IMG/VR virus record: IMGVR_UViG_2875459517_000002
Strand: one strand, 5' to 3'
DNA: 64,000 nucleotides
Origin: an uncultured virus (IMG/VR IMGVR_UViG_2875459517_000002)
Lineage: Duplodnaviria > Heunggongvirae > Uroviricota > Caudoviricetes
Position 1 is the first letter of the stretch. Every line of letters starts with the position of its first letter. Shown one piece after another: positions 38,884 to 47,341 of this stretch. A program made the translations under genes and the position numbers. Below the pieces are notes generated by a model. The model made no database searches. It was not told the origin of the DNA and saw only the letters and a program-made list of their open reading frames with translations.

Positions 38884-40644
38884 TTAAATCGGAATATTTT
38901 GATATTCTGTGTCGGTTTCATTGAGCGATAGGGTTCCGGCTATCTTATTTCCGATGACCCGCGAATTAATAGAATCGGAAGTCTTTATCGGATTGTACAG
39001 CCCGAAAGAGTTGGCCGAATACACAACGTTTTCCTTCACGAGCGCACCGTCGGTGTTTTTCGTTTGAATTCCATAACCACCGGAAGCTTTCCGGTTAAAC
39101 GTTACGTCATTGCCGGATATCTCAGGTTTTTTACCACCAACAACGTAAATCGGTATCAAACATTTCGCGTCAGTGATGTCGTTGTTCTTAATGCGAACGG
39201 TTCGCCCCTCAGCGCTTTCTCCGTAAATAGCCATGTTTGCCGGTTTTGGTATGCGGCTGTATTCGATATCCACGTCGCTTCCCTTATCGAAAGATATAGC
39301 GTAGCCTGTTGCGCCAGAGTAGTCGGTAAGATCAATGTCATTATCTATCAGTTTCGCCGAAGACCGCGTAACTACGACGCCTTGCTTACTGCGTTTAATG
39401 TCGTTCGACTTCGCTTTAACGTTAACGGAATCGGCAATCTCTATCGCAGCAATATCCGAATCGTGGAGATCGTTACCTTCGAACGTTATATCTTTTGAGT
39501 TACGCGCACTACATAATTTACCCGGACAATGGTTTACGATGTTATCCGAAAACTTAACGTTCTTGGCTTCGAAGGTAGCCAATGCGGTGCCGTCCGCGCT
39601 AAGCTCCGAAATTGTATTGCCGGATACTGAAACGTCTGCTCCGCGAACGTCAATACCACTGCTGAAGCCTTTTATCGTATTTCCTGTGATTGTCGTGTTA
39701 TTTCCGGTAAAGCCAGCCGACACACCAAGGCTCGTAATTGCGGTATATTTCTTGTCCGTACGTACTAACGTATTATTCGAAATGGCAGTGTCGGTTCCGA
39801 ATCCGTAAGAGATCGAGTTATCCGAATAGTTGCCGGAGATAACGACCTCGTATCCGCTGAAATTACAAACGGACTGCAGCACATTTCCTTTGAAAGTATT
39901 GTTCGTTATCCTCACATTGCGAGGCTCTTCGTAGTCGATATCGCCTTCACCGTAACCTTCGATATCAATGCCGAACATAGGCTTACATCCATCGTTTATG
40001 CCGGCGTTGGTTATTACGTTTTTATCGATCTTTACATCTTCGCCGCCGGTGACCGATATATTGTTTCGACGAGCACCGTCCAATTTACAACGCTCAATCG
40101 TAATATTGCGGGCGGGTCGGTAAGTCGTCCAAGGAACGTTTAACATGCCTTGCGCGTTCACCATAATACAATCGCCCGTACATTCCGAAATATCCACGCC
40201 TTCAATCACGACATTCTTGGCGCCATGTACGTTTATGCCGTATCCCCATTCGTGCGTTTCTTTCTTTACGCGATCACCGTGCCCGGTAAAGTTGTGCTGA
40301 TAACGGTCACCACGTATCTTACCGCCTTTTATCGTCACGTTTTCGAATTCTCCAATGTAGATACAGGAATATCCGTAAGAACTATTTGGCTCTACAATAA
40401 GTTCTGCTTTTGGATGCAATATTAGGGTCATATGTGACGGTACACGTATCCCGGCACCTTCTTCCGGGTTAACTGCAATACGGTTTACTGCGTCGATAAG
40501 GTATTTTCCCTTAGGGATTTCTACCTCAGAATAACCAGCCTCAGCCGCCTCGTATATTGCGCAATTAATTCCTTGTGTAGTCATAGCCGCCTCAGTCCCG
40601 TCCCAACGCACATCGTACTTTTCAGCTTCCAACGTATATCTCAT
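38884..40644 (-). CDS. Right-handed parallel beta-helix protein (pectate-lyase-like, putative polysaccharide depolymerase)
   Basis: IPKGKYLI, WGYGI, GDCI, RRNNISV, GIDIE and many I..N.I repeats. Confidence 0.85.
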   Translation of the reverse strand: MRYTLEAEKYDVRWDGTEAAMTTQGINCAIYEAAEAGYSEVEIPKGKYLIDAVNRIAVNPEEGAGIRVPSHMTLILHPKAELIVEPNSSYGYSCIYIGEFENVTIKGGKIRGDRYQHNFTGHGDRVKKETHEWGYGINVHGAKNVVIEGVDISECTGDCIMVNAQGMLNVPWTTYRPARNITIERCKLDGARRNNISVTGGEDVKIDKNVITNAGINDGCKPMFGIDIEGYGEGDIDYEEPRNVRITNNTFKGNVLQSVCNFSGYEVVISGNYSDNSISYGFGTDTAISNNTLVRTDKKYTAITSLGVSAGFTGNNTTITGNTIKGFSSGIDVRGADVSVSGNTISELSADGTALATFEAKNVKFSDNIVNHCPGKLCSARNSKDITFEGNDLHDSDIAAIEIADSVNVKAKSNDIKRSKQGVVVTRSSAKLIDNDIDLTDYSGATGYAISFDKGSDVDIEYSRIPKPANMAIYGESAEGRTVRIKNNDITDAKCLIPIYVVGGKKPEISGNDVTFNRKASGGYGIQTKNTDGALVKENVVYSANSFGLYNPIKTSDSINSRVIGNKIAGTLSLNETDTEYQNIPI

Positions 40645-41441
40645 TATTCGTTGCCTCCAACGTTATAGTTTTCGTTAATGAAATCCGACAGCAGCCCGGT
40701 AAACTTATAGAACGTCTCGGTTTCGGTTCCGGCGCGTCCGTTAAGCGAGAACTTAACGAACATGCTTTTACGCAATCCGGTACTGAGCTCGATCTGTAAG
40801 CTTTCGCCGGTTATGCACTTATTCGCTATGTTCGCGCTGCTTGCGCCTGCGAATCGATGTCCGGCGCCTACATGTTCGGCACTAAAGCCGGCCGCATTCA
40901 AGCGATCTACTAATGTACGGCCGCGGACCGGATCGGTGCCGCCTACGATAATATGCTCGGAGCTTTCGTTATAGCCGTGGAGCGATATAACGCGTTGGTG
41001 GCGCGCAACTAAGGATAGCGCGGTCGGTTCATCGAAATGGGTACTCGTGATGTGAAGGTCGGAGCCGTTCGGCGTCTTAAGGGATTCGAATAGATACGTA
41101 GAATAGTCGTTGCTGAGTTCGCGAGCAAGTTCGCTAGTTCCGCCTTCAATACTGCCGCCATGTGGCGCTAGTATCAGGACGGGCGTGTCGTGGTCGATTG
41201 CGGAAATATTGTAGTTCGTATCGGGTTCGTTGGCTTGGAGTTCGGCAAAGTTGCGGTAAACGTCGGTGGCTTGCGCGGTGACTGAAGTGGATGCGAATAA
41301 CATTGCGCATAGAATAAACGCTGTGATATACTGGAAGTGCTTCGTTCGATTCGGACGGTGCAGCTTTGCTTTGGTCGGTGGGGCTGCGCCTCCGTTTCGT
41401 TCTTTAATCGCCTTATTCAGTTTTCGTGGATCGTTAATCAT
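40644..41441 (-). CDS. Poly-gamma-glutamate hydrolase (PghP family) with signal/anchor segment
   Basis: APHGGSIEGGTSE, HITSTHFDEP, SLHGY, NIAN, QIELS. Confidence 0.9.
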   Translation of the reverse strand: MINDPRKLNKAIKERNGGAAPPTKAKLHRPNRTKHFQYITAFILCAMLFASTSVTAQATDVYRNFAELQANEPDTNYNISAIDHDTPVLILAPHGGSIEGGTSELARELSNDYSTYLFESLKTPNGSDLHITSTHFDEPTALSLVARHQRVISLHGYNESSEHIIVGGTDPVRGRTLVDRLNAAGFSAEHVGAGHRFAGASSANIANKCITGESLQIELSTGLRKSMFVKFSLNGRAGTETETFYKFTGLLSDFINENYNVGGNE

Positions 41442-41490
41442 TTCGATACCCCTCTCGGATTTTATTAACGAGGGCCCTTCGTTACTTTAA

Positions 41491-41554
41491 ACTATACGCT
41501 AGCGCATAGGTATCGTCAAGGGTATTTGCGAAAAAATATCCTCTAGCGTATAAT
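41491..41554. promoter_or_regulatory. Divergent SigA promoters, each carrying a copy of the palindromic operator
   Basis: Minus strand TTGACG-17-TATAGT with TATACGCTAGCGCATA (41493); plus strand TTGCGA-17-TATAAT with TATCCTCTAGCGTATA (41537). Confidence 0.8.
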
Positions 41555-41572
41555 TGTAACGAGGTGATCGAA

Positions 41573-41794
41573 ATGAAAATTACGGTAAAGCCTCGTCTTG
41601 GAGCGCTACTTTCGCAATTAGGGTGGTCCCAATCCGAATTATCGCGTAGATCCGGCGTTACTCAGTCCGCAATCTCTCGGTTCGATAATTCCGAAAGGCA
41701 TTACGACTGGCACGTAGCATCTATCATGAAAGCAACCGGAGTTAAATACGAAGAATTATTCGAAGTAAAAGAAACGGAAGAGGACGCTGAGTAA
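41573..41794 (+). CDS. XRE-family repressor
   Basis: WSQSELSRRSGVTQSAISRF...EELFEV; RBS gaggtg. Confidence 0.88.
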   Translation: MKITVKPRLGALLSQLGWSQSELSRRSGVTQSAISRFDNSERHYDWHVASIMKATGVKYEELFEVKETEEDAE

Positions 41795-41810
41795 ATCGGC
41801 GTCTTTTTTT
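41783..41810 (+). terminator. Terminator after the XRE gene
   Basis: gacgctga-gtaaa-tcggcgtc-ttttttt. Confidence 0.8.
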
Positions 41811-41892
41811 GTGTTGAAATTCGAGCGCGCGTTGGTATAATTATCCTATCGAATAAAGTTCGGGAATTCCCGAACTGAAAGGGCGGTTATAA

Positions 41893-42915
41893 ATGAATCC
41901 GAAAATGAGCGTTATTATACCGGTATACAATGGCGAAAAATATCTTTGCGATTGTATCGACAGCGTGCTCGGACAGACGCTTAAAAACATCGAGGTTTTG
42001 GTCGTAGATGACGGCTCAACTGATGCGACGCACAATATTTTGCGGTACTATTCCACGATAGATGAACGAGTCAAACCGATCTATCAGGCGAATCAAGGGC
42101 CCGGAACGGCGCGTAATACAGCGTTGAAGCAGGCGCGCGGTGAATACGTAGCGTTTATCGACTCGGACGACTGGATTGAGCCGGAAGCTTACGCAGTTAT
42201 GTACGAAGCAGCCCGTGAAAACAACGCAGATATTGTGTTTACGGACATGCGTTGGGATTACGAAGACGCGTCGAAAAGCTATACGAAAAGTTATAGCGCA
42301 AAAGCGAATGAGCCGATCGGACGGGCCGAAATTAAAGCGACTATATTAACGGACTTCTTATACAACGGATCGTACGGCGGCGTCGGTAAGGTAATCCGCA
42401 GGAGCATACTCGATACGTGTAACATTACGTTCCCTGACGGCAAGTATCTCGGCGAAGATTGGCTATTCAACATGGACGCATTTACGTATTGTCAGATGGC
42501 ATACTATATCGATAAGCCGCTGTACCATTACCGGCAGATCAATGACGGCAGTTTGATGCGCGAATATAATCCGGAACTATTCGATTCGTACATCGATAGC
42601 GATACGCTTGAACGGTATGCGAAACGGTGGGGCTTGTATAGCGAAAAGGTTGCGGTAGATCTGGCGAGGCGGAAATGTTATATCGCGGTTAACGGCTGCA
42701 TACAAAACGAATTCAAACCGGGCTGCCGTAAAACAGTGCGCGAAAAGTTGACGTTGATTAAGCGCATAGTCGAACATCCAAACGTAGGGAAGGCGGTTGC
42801 TATAGCGTTGGAGCACGAGGAGAGCTGGGGAAGGCGGCTGTACCTGGCGATGCTGAAACGGAAGGCGGTCGTTGGATTGTTTCTGACGGGGAAAATACTG
42901 TCGATGCGGGCATAG
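41893..42915 (+). CDS. Family 2 glycosyltransferase
   Basis: SVIIPVYN, VDDGSTD, N.G...ARN, FIDSDD, GED; own promoter TTGAAA-16-TATAAT. Confidence 0.93.
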   Translation: MNPKMSVIIPVYNGEKYLCDCIDSVLGQTLKNIEVLVVDDGSTDATHNILRYYSTIDERVKPIYQANQGPGTARNTALKQARGEYVAFIDSDDWIEPEAYAVMYEAARENNADIVFTDMRWDYEDASKSYTKSYSAKANEPIGRAEIKATILTDFLYNGSYGGVGKVIRRSILDTCNITFPDGKYLGEDWLFNMDAFTYCQMAYYIDKPLYHYRQINDGSLMREYNPELFDSYIDSDTLERYAKRWGLYSEKVAVDLARRKCYIAVNGCIQNEFKPGCRKTVREKLTLIKRIVEHPNVGKAVAIALEHEESWGRRLYLAMLKRKAVVGLFLTGKILSMRA

Positions 42916-42921
42916 GCGGAT

Positions 42922-43159
42922 TTGTCCGGTGATTTTTACTGGATCATACAGCGATTTTCACTGGACGTTCCAGTAATTTTCACTGCGTATAAAGACTTAC
43001 TATACATACTTACTTATAAAGACTTACTAAATAATAGCGCCACTATTCGCTTACGCTCATTAGCGGACGCAGATATTAATTACTTATATCTTGATCGCGA
43101 TTAGAATTTAATAATACAAAGAGAAGCCAAATTACGTTGTCCGGTGATTTTTACTGGAT
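42922..43159. repeat. Origin-like module 2
   Basis: ATTTTYACTG x3 at 22-bp period; TATAAAGACTTACTA x2; TAAATAATAGCGC, TTCGCTTACGCTCA, CGCAGATA, ATCGCG; 23-bp direct repeat at 42922 and 43137. Confidence 0.7.
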
Positions 43160-43670
43160 GAAAATAATTTGGTTTTTTATTTGAAAAATACTTGTTAAAG
43201 TGTCCAATATGCTGTCTTACGTTATGAAGCTCGATCGAGGTTTGCGGTTTTCAGTATGTACGGTAAAGGACGCCACCCCTACGGAATAACAACGGGCACT
43301 AGCCGCAACTTGGCGTCCTTTTAATACATATTGCGGCGGTATATCAAACGGAGGTGTTCGCGAATGAAGTACGCCGTATTTAGCGACTATTGCGACGCTG
43401 GTCAAAGAACGCATTAGCGACGATTCTTGGAACGGCGTAGACGCGTACCTCTGCGTAGTCATTGACGAATATAAAGCGAAATAAGCACGCCACATCCGTT
43501 TAAATCCATCCGGAGGGTATTCGGTAGGGTGAACGTTGCGAAACGCTAATTTCGTGTGAATTTAACTAGAAGAGAAACTAAGTTACTCGTAAAAAACGTT
43601 CGACAAATTCCGCAAACACTACCATCTTTTTCATATTTGTATAATAATTATGATGAGAGGTGGGGATGTC

Positions 43671-44378
43671 TTGAGGAATTATGGTGCGAACAGGTTGGAA
43701 ATAAGGTTACCCGAAACCTTATACCACGCTACAACAAGTGATAATATTGAATCCATAAAAAACCGTATAGATTTGAATGAGTGTAGTGAAAAAACAGACT
43801 TTGGGCAAGGCTTTTATTTAACAACAAATGTAGAGCAAGCTGTCAAGTGGGCTCTGCGTAAAGAGAGTTTACATAACAAACACGAGGCCTTGCGTCAAAA
43901 AACAAAAACCCCTAATTTTGTAAAGGGAGTTGTTATTGAGTACGATGTAATTCATAAAGTACTGAACGAATTAAGGCAAAAAAATTTCACCCATCAAAAC
44001 GCTGATTGGGCAGATTTTATTTACCTAAATCGGTCCAATCTCCCTACCATTGAGAAATTACAAAAAATTGGGGTGTTAGGTTTAGAACGCGCATTTATTG
44101 ACGATGACGCTATACCACGGTACGATATTATAAAAGGACCTTTAGGCGATGGTCAATCTATCTTTAAGGAGACACATATCCGAGATAACTCGCCTTCCCT
44201 AGATTCACAAATCTATTTAACGGGTATAAAAAGCAAGAGCCGTGAATTTTCGTCATATGATCAAGTTTCCCTTCATACAACAAAAGCGCTAAGGCTCATA
44301 AAATACCGAAAGGTGGTGGTTGCTAGTGAATTACTCAGATCAGGAATGGAAAGCAATATTCACTCAAAAGGTGATTGA
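43671..44378 (+). CDS. DUF3990-like protein (ADP-ribosyltransferase-like fold, inferred)
   Basis: LYHAT, DFGQGFYLTT...QA.KWA, W..FI..NR, YDII.GP..D, Q.S.HT.KA. Confidence 0.75.
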   Translation: MRNYGANRLEIRLPETLYHATTSDNIESIKNRIDLNECSEKTDFGQGFYLTTNVEQAVKWALRKESLHNKHEALRQKTKTPNFVKGVVIEYDVIHKVLNELRQKNFTHQNADWADFIYLNRSNLPTIEKLQKIGVLGLERAFIDDDAIPRYDIIKGPLGDGQSIFKETHIRDNSPSLDSQIYLTGIKSKSREFSSYDQVSLHTTKALRLIKYRKVVVASELLRSGMESNIHSKGD

Positions 44379-44547
44379 AGAGTTATGTACTTTGCAGCAG
44401 ATCACTGATGCAGAGGCAGAACGTATGCTGGATGATTATAAATTTCCTGAGTTACTGGAATTCGACAGTGAATTTATTATGCACTATTCACCAGCGTATT
44501 GGGCCAAAAAAGTGGGAAAGTGTGTTAGAGTTTTTGCCGGCTTTTAA
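44326..44547 (+). CDS. Small helical partner protein (DUF3791-like)
   Basis: Overlaps the DUF3990-like gene; MHYSPAYWA; GTG after aaggtgg. Confidence 0.6.
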   Translation: MNYSDQEWKAIFTQKVIEELCTLQQITDAEAERMLDDYKFPELLEFDSEFIMHYSPAYWAKKVGKCVRVFAGF

Positions 44548-44559
44548 AGCGTAATCAGA

Positions 44560-44880
44560 ACGAGGCTTCCGCACCCTACGGCGGAGGTCTTTTTGTGCTT
44601 GCGTACTCCGGCGGAAAACGGAGCTGCAAACACTGTCTCACCGTATAGGGTCGCGACCTGTACGTAGATCTACCGTTTTTACTGTACGTTCCGCAAACAG
44701 GACGAGGCTGCCAACGATTTTGGCGGTCTTTTCGTGCTTGCGTCTAGCAATAGAGCCGTAAAGGCATTCGGTTGACGTACGTACATTCACCGGCTGGGTA
44801 GTGTAGGGATCAGTTAGAAGCGCCTGTATCTAAATCGACATATGGGCGTTTCTCGTAATAACAAAGCCGGTCGGTGTGGC
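44560..44880 (+). ncRNA. Cluster of structured non-coding elements
   Basis: Two ACGAGGCT-[hairpin]-GGTCTTTTYGTGCTTGCGT units (44560, 44702); long stem accggct/agccggt with inner agaagcgcctgtat/atatgggcgtttct. Confidence 0.5.
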
Positions 44881-44884
44881 AAAT

Positions 44885-44943
44885 AGGGGCGCATGTTCCT
44901 CGGTGGCGGATTATTTGGGCAGGTTCGATCCCTGTCGCCCCTG
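44885..44943 (+). pseudogene. tRNA-like element lacking the anticodon arm
   Basis: Acceptor stem AGGGGCG/CGCCCCT; T-arm GCAGG-TTCGATC-CCTGT; D-like arm; only 10 nt where the anticodon and variable arms should be; no encoded CCA. Confidence 0.75.
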
Positions 44944-44998
44944 TAAAAGCGGGTTTCATGTTGGAGCGCGCTTTAAGAAACGAAAAGGAGACGATTGA

Positions 44999-46500
44999 AT
45001 GGCGGACAAACGCGTATCAACGGATTTTATTGTAGACGAGAAGGGCAACGCAGAGGATGTACGAAAGCCCAAAACGCGAATTAAACTAACCGATAAGCAT
45101 TTTGCTAAACTTCCTGACGGAAAGGATAGCGTCTGGGCTACCGATGAATTTTCGTTTGATGAAGCCGAGAAATCGCTTCGGAAAGAGACGGTCGATACGG
45201 GCGACAGCAGCGTAAAAGTAAACGTAGAGGTATCCGAAGCTATAACCGGACTCAAAGCGTTACAGCGCGAAGCAAAGGCGGCGACCAAGGCGTTGGCTGA
45301 ATTGCGTGAGGAGCAGGCGAAGGGTCCGTACAAAGGCTACATCGCCGGCGAAAGGGTAGACGGAAAGAAACTCGTATGGTTAGACGAAGGAGAGAAGATC
45401 GTACCTATCACGGAGCCTACGGTTTATCTGGACGGAAAGGGATTGCGCCGATGAGCGATAAGAAACAGTGTACACGGCGCATGTGTGTAGTTGACGAATA
45501 TATCGGATGCGATGTTTCTTCTGAGCTTCGCAATGAGAAAGGGCGAATGGCTCTCGTCATAGGACGGACCGTTAGCGAAGCCAAAACGATATGGAACCGC
45601 GTGAAAGCGAACTGTCCGAACTATAAATATACGAAATTTGTATCGCGTAATCCTTGCGGAATTGACGGTATAAACGCGGAAGACGTAACGCTATATATGC
45701 TGCCGGGTTATGTGGAAAATCCAATCGTAAAAGATACGCATTTTCAGTGGCTTATCAGATTGGCAACCGAAGTGATTTACGTGGAGGAGGAGGCGGACGA
45801 ATGAACATAAACGTTAATCAGATGGAGCGTATACGAGACTCGATATTTTTTAACGATAATGGCGTATTGCCTCAGCAGCACCGTATAGGAACAAAAGTCG
45901 AAGCTACAATCGAATTTGAATCCGGTAATCGCGCGCAAGCTGTATTTGAATTTCCGGATGCCGCCGACCTTTCTTTCGAAGAAGCCGAGCGATTGATTCG
46001 GAAGGAGTTGGGCGCTGAGTGAAGACCGCATTTAGAATATTGATCCTCTTTCTAGTGAACCTGGTTTTTGGTTGTCTCGGAGTAATAATGGAATACATCT
46101 TCGACGATCCATATTTAAGATTAGGGTACGTATCTAGTGGTGGGCTTGTTATGGGGTACTTGGTTCGTGGGTGGTGGCCTCCGAAGAAGGAGGGCGCAGA
46201 ATGAACGCTAATTGCGATAAATGCGGCCGTTCATTCGCTGTTGTGCCGCAAGAGAAAACGCACCGTAAAGGCATTATTGAAACCTACTTCGCGTGCCCGT
46301 TCTGTCGGCGTCATTATTCGGCGAGCGTAACGAATCACAGAGTACGGAAGCTTATCGACGAGCTCAAGACGTTACGGTTAGCGGGACCTCCAACGAGTGC
46401 TAAAGCGTTAGAGTTACGTGAGAGAAAGGCGACGCGGTTAAAGACGGAGATAGACGCTAAGATGGCGGAACTGAAACGGAGGTATTGCGGAGATGAGTAA
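44999..46500 (+). CDS. Five short coupled hypothetical genes (44999-45454, 45451-45804, 45801-46022, 46019-46204 membrane, 46201-46500 Zn-binding)
   Basis: ATGA/GTGA overlaps and RBSs; CDKC/CPFC in the last gene. Confidence 0.55.
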
Positions 46501-47032
46501 CGTTGTAGCGCTAAATGGCGGCGATCAACCCGACCGCAAGCCGATGCCGAATGACAAAGCCGCGCTCTTAGACAGTCCGCAAGGGTTCGAAGTATACAGC
46601 CGCGAGCTTATGCGTAAAGTATTTCCCCGCTTGATTAACGAAGCCTGTGACGTAGCTTATGCCGATTACAAACGTAAGCCGGAGATACGCGACGTGGTGG
46701 CGTTTTACTTTCTGCTGCAATCGTACATCGACGGTAATCATACGCGTAGTGACGGCAGCACAAACGATAGGTTCGGCGCATGCTTCTTAAACTACGATAC
46801 GATTCAGCAACACTTGCGAATAGATAAGCACCGTATCAATTTGCTGGCCGCGATCTTAGAGACGAACGGGATTATACGGACGACCGGACACTACGAAGGG
46901 ACGAAGCGATTCAAGTGGTACTTTCCGTCATTCTGTCCGCACATAACTGACGATGGGTATATCGTTAATGAAGACGGTGAGAAGATCGTTCCGGACTTCG
47001 ATGTGTACCGGATGAGACGGCGCAAACGTTGA
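46493..47032 (+). CDS. Winged-HTH replication-initiator-like protein (divergent)
   Basis: FGACFLNYDTIQQHLRIDKHRINLLAAILETNGII...KWY parallels the other two wHTH proteins; iterons follow the stop. Confidence 0.55.
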   Translation: MSNVVALNGGDQPDRKPMPNDKAALLDSPQGFEVYSRELMRKVFPRLINEACDVAYADYKRKPEIRDVVAFYFLLQSYIDGNHTRSDGSTNDRFGACFLNYDTIQQHLRIDKHRINLLAAILETNGIIRTTGHYEGTKRFKWYFPSFCPHITDDGYIVNEDGEKIVPDFDVYRMRRRKR

Positions 47033-47052
47033 TATGACGCTTCATGTGTTCT

Positions 47053-47227
47053 GACCACACTATCGGTAATGGGGCTAGACCACACTATGGGTAATGTGTT
47101 CAGACCCCACTGTAAAAAGAGAAAGAAGTAAAAGAGCAATTTGTAAAAGAGAAACAAGTAATAGCGATCTATTCGCTGCGCTCATACGATACGCAGATAT
47201 TGTAATCTATTAAGTACCTTATCGCGA
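47053..47227. repeat. Origin-like module 3
   Basis: GACCACACTATSGGTAATG x2 plus a partial third at 25-bp period; GTAAAA(A)GAG x3; TAATAGCG, TTCGCTGCGCTCA, ACGCAGATATT, ATCGCGA. Confidence 0.7.
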
Positions 47228-47341
47228 TAAAGAACTTATATAAAAGATAAAGACAAAGTGCAACGGTATTGGTGGGCCGCGTCGGGTTGGTTAGCCACTG
47301 TAGAGTGATTGACGCTTTACTATCTGAAAGGGGTGGAGTTC

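Noticed and set aside
41849..41862. CGAATAAAGTTCG as a LexA (Cheo) box
   Set aside because: The spacer is one base short of CGAAC-N4-GTTCG and one arm is mismatched
42922..43159. Short direct repeats here and at 2497 and 47053 as a CRISPR array
   Set aside because: Repeats are only 8-23 bp with very short spacers, and there is no cas operon; they fit iterons better
43201..43226. TGTCCAAT...GTTAT as a third phage-sigma promoter
   Set aside because: Spacing is 6 nt shorter and the ATTCGCA box is absent
43363..43484. RBS-led 17-codon ORF with a longer open stretch in another frame (possible frameshifted gene)
   Set aside because: Too short and has no recognisable motif; cannot be distinguished from chance
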